DNA of 20,000 nt from IMG/VR virus record IMGVR_UViG_3300043443_000226. One strand, given 5' to 3'. Each line of letters starts with the position of its first letter. Positions within the stretch are counted from its first letter, which is position 1. The position numbers were made by a program, and so were the translations under genes. A model generated the notes under the pieces. The model was not told the origin of the DNA. It did not search any database and saw only the letters and a program-made list of their open reading frames with translations. Of this stretch, positions 1 to 6,053 are shown piece by piece. The DNA is from an uncultured virus (IMG/VR IMGVR_UViG_3300043443_000226). Taxonomy: Duplodnaviria; Heunggongvirae; Uroviricota; Caudoviricetes.

Positions 1-48
1 AAAGGGCTTGATGAGTACGTTGATGGCAAGCTCAATCGCTTCATTCAC
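1..48 (-). CDS. Endolysin (phage lysozyme, GH24-like), N-terminus only, truncated by the window edge
   Basis: GTG at 48-46 overlaps the holin TGA (GTGA). It reads MNEAIELAINVLIKPF, matching the usual '...LIKxFEG' start of GH24 phage lysozymes, and lies directly downstream of the holin. The catalytic Glu would fall just outside the window. Confidence 0.6.
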   Translation of the reverse strand, partial: MNEAIELAINVLIKPF

Positions 49-524
49 TTGTACTTCTCTATGCTGCGACCAACAAACCAAAACGTGAGAATCATGGTGA
101 AGAGTCCAAAGTCATCTTCATCCCAACACTTCACGATTACTTCATGCCACGGTGCATTGCTTTGAAACGCAAGAACAAGCGAAGCCGCCTTGACTGCCGC
201 ATACATAGCAAAGATAGCCCAAGTAATGCCCGGACGAACCAGCGCTGAGATGCCAGCCACAAACCAACCTGCTGCTTGAGCCGTTTGACTCTGTTCTTCA
301 AAGGCCGCTTTAATGGTGTCGAGTTGCTGAGCACTGTAGTCAACATACTTTTCCTCCATCTTAAAAGTGCCACGCATCTTCTCAAGATCGGTCTGCAACT
401 GAAACATGTTCAGCTCATGCTGGCGTTCGTTCTTCTTATCGAGGAACTTCAGAACCTCTGGAGCCAGTCGAAACAAACCACCAAAGATACTGCCAAGCAA
501 ACCACCTGAAAGCAGGTCAAACAT
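45..524 (-). CDS. Holin, GTA_holin_3TM-like (159 aa)
   Basis: Hydrophobic N-terminus (LLSGGLLGSIFGGLF), a coiled-coil stretch, then W..GISALVRPGITWAIF and C-terminal ILTFWFVGRSIEK, which are hallmarks of the 3-TM holin family. Adjacent to the putative endolysin. Confidence 0.8.
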   Translation of the reverse strand: MFDLLSGGLLGSIFGGLFRLAPEVLKFLDKKNERQHELNMFQLQTDLEKMRGTFKMEEKYVDYSAQQLDTIKAAFEEQSQTAQAAGWFVAGISALVRPGITWAIFAMYAAVKAASLVLAFQSNAPWHEVIVKCWDEDDFGLFTMILTFWFVGRSIEKYK

Positions 525-697
525 TACTTGTTCAGAATCTGATCAATGCGTGTATGCGCTTTATCGGCTGTCATGTGCAAGTGCTCAACCTTAGCCTTGA
601 GCTCTGCTAAGTCTGAACGAATAGCCACATAAGCACCAAACGCTCCAGCAGCAGCACCAATTAGGGCTTGTATGACTACTGACATCGACACTTCCAT
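524..697 (-). CDS. Small single-TM coiled-coil protein (57 aa), lysis-cassette associated; not in ORF track
   Basis: Hand-translated: MEVSMSVVIQALIGAAAGAFGAYVAIRSDLAELKAKVEHLHMTADKAHTRIDQILNK*. ATG at 697 abuts the upstream TAA (698-700) and its TAA overlaps the holin ATG (TAATG). TM helix, coiled coil and AHxRID ending. Confidence 0.8.
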   Translation of the reverse strand: MEVSMSVVIQALIGAAAGAFGAYVAIRSDLAELKAKVEHLHMTADKAHTRIDQILNK

Positions 698-1039
698 TTA
701 GGACATTCCTTCGCCTGGTGTGATGTACAGGTTGTGCGTACCCGTATCAACGATGGCAGCAAAGTAAACCGGATTAGTTCCATTGGCCTGGCCGTTGGTA
801 ATCACAATTCTACTGTTGGGGGGAACGACAAATCCATACTCACCAGTACCAGACGTTGGTATCACCGCTGTAGTTCCGCTACTTGCACCTGTCTTTACAA
901 AGATTTCATGGTTGCCATCGTTGTAAAGCGCAAACTGGTTAGCAGGCGTATCAGCGTAGACAGCAACATTCGCAGATGTTGTCGTTACGCTTAAAAGGTA
1001 GGTCTTGCCAGTAGCAAGAAACGCAATATTATTTGCCAC
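698..1039 (-). CDS. Hypothetical beta-rich protein, possibly virion-associated (113 aa)
   Basis: GTG start, Thr/Gly/Asn-rich beta-strand pattern, C-terminal LYITPGEG, fits the operon packing. Confidence 0.7.
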   Translation of the reverse strand: MANNIAFLATGKTYLLSVTTTSANVAVYADTPANQFALYNDGNHEIFVKTGASSGTTAVIPTSGTGEYGFVVPPNSRIVITNGQANGTNPVYFAAIVDTGTHNLYITPGEGMS

Positions 1040-1193
1040 CTTTGTTCCCCCATTGCTGCGCTGCAGTCATGGTGCCATAGCATGGCGCACCATTGGTGAA
1101 CTTAGGCTGGAAGTTAGGGTTGACCTGCTTGGTCGTGCCTTGGCTAGGCTTTAGCACCACCTGTTTGCTCACTACTTTCGTCATCGTCATCAT
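1029..1193 (-). CDS. Small basic hypothetical protein (54 aa); not in ORF track
   Basis: Hand-translated: MMTMTKVVSKQVVLKPSQGTTKQVNPNFQPKFTNGAPCYGTMTAAQQWGNKGGK*. AAGGA lies 8 nt before the ATG. It fills the otherwise empty 1040-1143 gap and overlaps both neighbours. Confidence 0.55.
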   Translation of the reverse strand: MMTMTKVVSKQVVLKPSQGTTKQVNPNFQPKFTNGAPCYGTMTAAQQWGNKGGK

Positions 1194-1392
1194 GCTTTGT
1201 TTCCTTCATCAAGGATGGTAAAAACACTGTGATGGCAAAGATAAGCAATGCGGCGATCCGCTCATAACTCGGCCCCCACATTGTCCAGCAAGCTAAGGCA
1301 AAAGTCATCGACAACGCCAAGATTGTCAACACCCTCGCCACCACTAACTTCAAACTAATGCGTACTACCTTCAACAGAAGATTAGAATCCAT
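1144..1392 (-). CDS. Small two-TM membrane protein with acidic tail (82 aa from ATG 1392)
   Basis: Two hydrophobic helices (VLTILALSMTFALACWTMW; IAALLIFAITVFLPSLM) and a DDDDES tail. GAGG 6 nt upstream of ATG 1392 favours this start over 1404. Confidence 0.7.
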   Translation of the reverse strand: MDSNLLLKVVRISLKLVVARVLTILALSMTFALACWTMWGPSYERIAALLIFAITVFLPSLMKETKHDDDDESSEQTGGAKA

Positions 1393-1412
1393 GTTCAGCC
1401 TCATGGGGTTAA

Positions 1413-1436
1413 TTAAGGTTATCTAGTCTACCTTAA
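1413..1436. promoter_or_regulatory. AT-rich inverted repeat in the largest intergenic gap
   Basis: TTAAGGT (1413-1419), 10-nt spacer, ACCTTAA (1430-1436), overlapping the palindrome TTAATTAA (1409-1416). Function unknown. Confidence 0.3.
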
Positions 1437-1642
1437 CTATCTTCATCTTCGTCTTCATCCATGAAGCCTCTACCCCAGTCAGCATCACTCGCTTTCAGGC
1501 GTATGGCTTCTAACTTCAATGCTCGATCAATAATCTTCGACTTATCGGTAAGGCTTGCTTCCGGGTCTGCCATGACTTCAGCCAAGAGTTTGCTTATCGC
1601 AGCCTCTAAGTCAGGGTTTATGCCCGACTGCTTACGCTTCAC
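1433..1642 (-). CDS. Hypothetical helical protein with acidic C-terminus (69 aa)
   Basis: GTG start overlaps the upstream TGA (GTGA). Amphipathic helices and a DEDEDEDS tail. Confidence 0.7.
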   Translation of the reverse strand: MKRKQSGINPDLEAAISKLLAEVMADPEASLTDKSKIIDRALKLEAIRLKASDADWGRGFMDEDEDEDS

Positions 1643-1818
1643 CGCATCATTCGGCGCTTGGGCTGGCGCTCAGGCATCTTGTTCATAGGCTGGCGACCTA
1701 ATGCACGTTGCGCTGCAAGCGAGCCTGCAACTTCATTGCGACCCGCCTCTGCTGCCTGCGCTTCCTGGCGCTTCATTTCTTTATTACCTTCTGCCTTCAT
1801 CATGCCATCGTAGTTCAT
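1639..1818 (-). CDS. Small hypothetical protein (59 aa); not in ORF track
   Basis: Hand-translated: MNYDGMMKAEGNKEMKRQEAQAAEAGRNEVAGSLAAQRALGRQPMNKMPERQPKRRMMR*. ATGA overlap at 1815-1818 and GTGA overlap at 1639-1642. Confidence 0.75.
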   Translation of the reverse strand: MNYDGMMKAEGNKEMKRQEAQAAEAGRNEVAGSLAAQRALGRQPMNKMPERQPKRRMMR

Positions 1819-1997
1819 CGCATACCTCTCTTGGTTTTACGCGCTGTGGAATAGGCTATGGCCGCAGCCTGCTTGACTGCAGCTCTCTTACTGGCAGGTC
1901 GGCTTGTACCAATCTTGCCACTTTCTTTGAACTTCCGCACCATCTCACCGATGTTGCTAGAAATAGTCTTTTGACTACTACCTTTTTTAAGGGGCAT
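1815..1997 (-). CDS. Small highly basic phage protein (MPLKKG...KQAxAIA type, 60 aa)
   Basis: MPLKKGSSQKTISSNI...KQAAAIAYSTARK resembles a small basic phage protein family I recall from structural operons. Abuts the upstream stop. Confidence 0.75.
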   Translation of the reverse strand: MPLKKGSSQKTISSNIGEMVRKFKESGKIGTSRPASKRAAVKQAAAIAYSTARKTKRGMR

Positions 1998-3614
1998 TTA
2001 TTTCTCCTGAGCACGATTTACTGCGCCAGCAGCAACACCAACAGGGCTTACACGAGTCTGGCGTAAACGAGAAGCCACATCTTCCGGCCTTAAATACAAC
2101 TCAGCCATTCTTTTTGCGGCGGGAGGCGCCGCCATAATTGCAGCGCCAGCAGCAGGAAGGTAAGGAATATCTCCGGCAAAACCACCGCCCATCAAACTTA
2201 AGCCTGTTCCTGCTCTAAGTAATCCACCTAGCGTTGTTGCTTCAGTTTGAGGAATTCTTGGTCTAGTAAAAATGTTATAGGTTTGCCCTGACTCTGCCAA
2301 CGGAACGTATGCACCGCCTCGCCCACGCTCTCTTCCATACAAAACATTAGTTGGCTCTACAGCAGCATACTGTTGCGCAAACTTATTGATGTCCACATCG
2401 CCAGCACGAATGATTGCCGGGTTTCTTGCGTAAGCATCTTCAAATGCTTTAAGAGCTGCGTACTGTTTATCAATACCTCTAAGAGCCTCGTAATCATCTT
2501 TGCCAAGACTGCGCTTTGCAATGTCATCAAACTGCTGAAGCACTTTTATGCCAACTTGTTTTGGCGCCCCTTCTAGTCCATAAACATATTGAGCTACTTC
2601 TGAACGAACCTCTTTCCATAAAGGCGCAGGTATTTGCTGACGAGCTTGCAACGCCTCGGCAAAGGCAGAAACACGAGGGCTTCCAACCCTAAACTCATTT
2701 AAGGTTGTGTTCTTATTAAAAGCATCAACTAGTTGATTCCTTGCTGCGTTATCTACATTGATTTCTTTACCTGAAAGCAACGTGTTGTATTGGTTTGCTA
2801 GAGCGTCATCAGCGTCACGCATAGCTCTTGGAACTAATGTCGGCTCAACGCCGCCAAACGCTTTAGCTACAGCACGATTTGCCGCAGCTTGATTCTCTCT
2901 GCCAAACTTAATGAACTCTTCACGAGAACCAGGTACTAGTTGCATAACGCGTTCAGTTGCAGACAACGCTCTTGATTCTTTAATCTGACTAGGAAGCGGC
3001 TGCATACCTGTTTGCAATGCCTGACTAAGAACACGCTGCTTTTCTTCAGAACGAATGTTTTCTGGAATCGTATACATGCGTTCACGCACACTCTCAGCAA
3101 CTGGAGCCAATGCTCTTCGTGCAGCCGTGCGAACCATTGAAGGGCCAACCTCCCCAGCAACCCTTGCAGTTTCTGCAATAGGTTCAGGCGCTCCAGCTTC
3201 TCTTGCTTTTGTCGCGACATATTCGCCACCAGCACCTGCTGCACCTGCTCCAGCCGTCATACCTGCGAGCTGCTTTCCAGTTTGAGGAAACATGGCTTGA
3301 GCAAATCCTCTTGCGCTACGTTCAATAGCTCCTACTGCCTGCGGAGCTTTGCCAGCGAGCTTTAACGCACTTCCTGCAGCTAAACCAAGCGGCCCTACTG
3401 CTGTCGCATATTCACCAGCTTTTTCAACCATTCTGCCAAATGTGCTTTTTTCTTGTGCGGCTCCACTAGACGGGCCAGTTACAGCAGGCGTTGGTATTTT
3501 GGCAACAACATCTTCTGTTGATTCTCCAAGGTGTTTTTGAATACGAGCTTTAGCCGCTGTTGGATCAGTTTCCGACAACTCGTAACTTTTACCTTTGTAC
3601 TCGTATACAGGCAT
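1998..3614 (-). CDS. Probable internal virion / DNA-ejection protein (538 aa)
   Basis: Long helical Ala/Gly-rich ORF with Gly-rich hydrophobic patches near both ends. Position between fibre and lysis genes is typical of podovirus ejection proteins. AGGTG RBS upstream. Function inferred. Confidence 0.6.
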   Translation of the reverse strand: MPVYEYKGKSYELSETDPTAAKARIQKHLGESTEDVVAKIPTPAVTGPSSGAAQEKSTFGRMVEKAGEYATAVGPLGLAAGSALKLAGKAPQAVGAIERSARGFAQAMFPQTGKQLAGMTAGAGAAGAGGEYVATKAREAGAPEPIAETARVAGEVGPSMVRTAARRALAPVAESVRERMYTIPENIRSEEKQRVLSQALQTGMQPLPSQIKESRALSATERVMQLVPGSREEFIKFGRENQAAANRAVAKAFGGVEPTLVPRAMRDADDALANQYNTLLSGKEINVDNAARNQLVDAFNKNTTLNEFRVGSPRVSAFAEALQARQQIPAPLWKEVRSEVAQYVYGLEGAPKQVGIKVLQQFDDIAKRSLGKDDYEALRGIDKQYAALKAFEDAYARNPAIIRAGDVDINKFAQQYAAVEPTNVLYGRERGRGGAYVPLAESGQTYNIFTRPRIPQTEATTLGGLLRAGTGLSLMGGGFAGDIPYLPAAGAAIMAAPPAAKRMAELYLRPEDVASRLRQTRVSPVGVAAGAVNRAQEK

Positions 3615-3622
3615 AAATCACC

Positions 3623-5026
3623 TCAATCAAGTTTGATTGGATTGCCAGGCGTTCCATCACCTTGCGGCTTAACAGTAGTCTGCAAAGTTGGCCCTAAATA
3701 AGCATCAAGCGTTTGTTGATTTATTCCTAACGAACCGCCAATTTGCCGCTGTCGATTAGCAGCGTTGTTGATGATTTCAAGTTGCCTATCAAAGTACATT
3801 TTTGCGTTATCAGCGCTTGTTGTTGGATTGATTGTGAACTGGTCAAAAGATCGTTCTTCCGCTTTTGTAAGCGTCTGTCCAAATAACGTATTTCTGACCT
3901 TTGCTACAAACTCGCGATAGTCTTTCCACCAATTAACAGTGTCATTAGTTACTGGAGGAAGTTTTGTGCCAAATGCACCTGCCACTTGGCTAGCAATTTG
4001 CCCAACCGGCAAACCTCTATCAACAAGGGTTAGGAATGTTTCAGCAATTTCTTTCTGAGGAAACAATCCAAAGTATTCTGGTTTCCCTGAAGAAGAAATA
4101 CGTCCAAGACTATCTTTAACAGAACCAAGATTCTCCAAACGTTTTTCTACAGGCCCAGGAAGCGATTGAATTTTTCCTTCTTGCTTCATCTGCGCTATTT
4201 CACGCTGGAACGCCATACGATCTTGTGCAAGTTCACGCTGCAACTGCATACGCTCTCTTGCCATTTCAGCCTGTTGCTTCAGTTGAAGCATCGTCTGTGT
4301 AGCGCGATCAGAGCCTTCTACTGCTTTGTTAAGCGCTTCGCTAGCTTGCTTGTACATGCCTTGGCGCATAGCGGCAGCAGCAACACTGTTTTGCGTTTCT
4401 GCTTCCAGTATCTTTAACTCACCTTCAGCGGCTTTGCGATCTGTCTGCAATAGGTTCATAGCCCTATTGAATCGATCAAGCGTTTGTCGATTGTTTTCCT
4501 TGATAGCTTCTACATTCTTTGTGAAGACATCAAGTTCACGTTTATAAACGTCTTGCCTGCCTTGCCTAAATCCTTCTACAGCGCCGTTAAGAGCTGCCAT
4601 AGCAGCCATCCCTGACCGCTTGCTAGCACCACCAGTAAGGAAGCCAGCAACAATGCTAAGGCCAAGTACGTTTCGGATGTCTTCCAAGTTTGCAGAACTT
4701 GGCTCAAATGCTGGAATCTCTTTTTGACGATACTCAGGTGACTCGACAAGCTGTCGTTCTTGCGCAGCAAAGACATCACCAATCTCTTTACCACGCGTAG
4801 CCATACCCGTGCGCTTTGCAGCAATGTCCGCTTGCGACGTTTCAGCTTCTGCACGTTGAGCCTCCATCAATCCAGGAAGTTGCTCTTCAGCAATCGTGCC
4901 ACGCGCTATCCTGCTTTGCATACCTTGTTCCGGCGTCTGAGCTTCAGCAGGCTTTCGGCCATACACAGCGCCCATAGCCCGTGAGATTGGGTCGCCAGTC
5001 GTACCAAGTGCGTCTTGCAGTGCCAT
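3623..5026 (-). CDS. Probable internal virion / ejection protein, coiled-coil (467 aa)
   Basis: Extensive Q/E/A/R coiled coil, a Gly-rich hydrophobic hairpin (VLGLSIVAGFLTGG...GMAAMAALNGAVEGF) and C-terminal GTPGNPIKLD. Confidence 0.6.
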   Translation of the reverse strand: MALQDALGTTGDPISRAMGAVYGRKPAEAQTPEQGMQSRIARGTIAEEQLPGLMEAQRAEAETSQADIAAKRTGMATRGKEIGDVFAAQERQLVESPEYRQKEIPAFEPSSANLEDIRNVLGLSIVAGFLTGGASKRSGMAAMAALNGAVEGFRQGRQDVYKRELDVFTKNVEAIKENNRQTLDRFNRAMNLLQTDRKAAEGELKILEAETQNSVAAAAMRQGMYKQASEALNKAVEGSDRATQTMLQLKQQAEMARERMQLQRELAQDRMAFQREIAQMKQEGKIQSLPGPVEKRLENLGSVKDSLGRISSSGKPEYFGLFPQKEIAETFLTLVDRGLPVGQIASQVAGAFGTKLPPVTNDTVNWWKDYREFVAKVRNTLFGQTLTKAEERSFDQFTINPTTSADNAKMYFDRQLEIINNAANRQRQIGGSLGINQQTLDAYLGPTLQTTVKPQGDGTPGNPIKLD

Positions 5027-5028
5027 GA

Positions 5029-6051
5029 TTAACCTCTCGGTGGCGGCGTCTTAGAAGTTGTTTCCGGCGTTGCTACATTGCCGTAGATAGTGCGGTATAG
5101 ATTGGTCAATGTCGTATTGAGCATGTCACGCGTAGCTTGATCAGCAGCGTAACCAGCACGAATAGCGGCAGCCTGGTACTGATCACCAATGCCAGCAATC
5201 TTGATACCTTGGTCAATCAAGTCTTGAGCACCACGCTGTTGCATCTCTTGCATACGCGCTTGCTGTTGTTGCTGTGCAGTACCGCTAGTCAAGCCTCGTT
5301 GTGCAAGTTGTTGCTTTTGCCTTGCATCAAGCGCCGCCATTTGCTGCATTTGCACTGGAGTCAACTCACCACGCTGACCGCGAGCAATCATCTCTTGACC
5401 AAGTGCGCGATTAGGTGCGCCTATCTGAGATAACTCTTGCTGCATTCTGCGAGCCTGTTGCCCAGCTTGCCGTGCTTGATAGATAGATGCTAGCGTTCCA
5501 AGCCCAGCCAACCCTTCTCTAGTACCAAGCACTTGTTTAGCCCCAGTTTTAAGCATGTCTTCAAAACTACGGCCAGGAGCAGCACCTTGATCTATCGCTT
5601 CTTGTTTGAAGTCTCGAACCTGCTGCGGCCCAACAAACTCATTAGGCATTTGTGGCAACTGAGGCGTAAACGATCTAGTCATTGCTGGTTCAAACTGTGG
5701 TTGAGTTTGCGCTGGCTCCATCGTATCGGCAGGCGCTGAATAAATAAATGCGTTACTCATATCAATGGGTTGAGATACAGTTCCCGGCGAAAAGACCTGG
5801 TTATCAAACCCTTGCTGTTCAGCAGGAACTATATCTTCATAACTGCCAAGAAATCCGCCATCTTCAAACTCAGGCAATCCCGTTGCAGGATTCATAGTGC
5901 CAGCACCACCTCTAGACTTTAGTAGTGCAGCCTCTTGCGGTGTGATGTGCGCCAAGATAGTATCTTGTCCACGGCCCTGCCTGCGTAGCATCTCTGCTAA
6001 GGCTTTGAGATCGAGGCCACCACCGAGAAGTGCGGCAAGTTGTTTAGCCAT
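5029..6051 (-). CDS. Probable internal virion protein with GRGxDTILAHITPxEAALLK..GGAGTxNPxTGLPEF motif (340 aa)
   Basis: N-terminal motif recalled from uncultured podovirus virion proteins, a Pro-rich linker, a hydrophobic segment (GLAGLGTLASIY) and a Gln-rich coiled coil. Confidence 0.6.
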   Translation of the reverse strand: MAKQLAALLGGGLDLKALAEMLRRQGRGQDTILAHITPQEAALLKSRGGAGTMNPATGLPEFEDGGFLGSYEDIVPAEQQGFDNQVFSPGTVSQPIDMSNAFIYSAPADTMEPAQTQPQFEPAMTRSFTPQLPQMPNEFVGPQQVRDFKQEAIDQGAAPGRSFEDMLKTGAKQVLGTREGLAGLGTLASIYQARQAGQQARRMQQELSQIGAPNRALGQEMIARGQRGELTPVQMQQMAALDARQKQQLAQRGLTSGTAQQQQQARMQEMQQRGAQDLIDQGIKIAGIGDQYQAAAIRAGYAADQATRDMLNTTLTNLYRTIYGNVATPETTSKTPPPRG

Positions 6052-6053
6052 GA

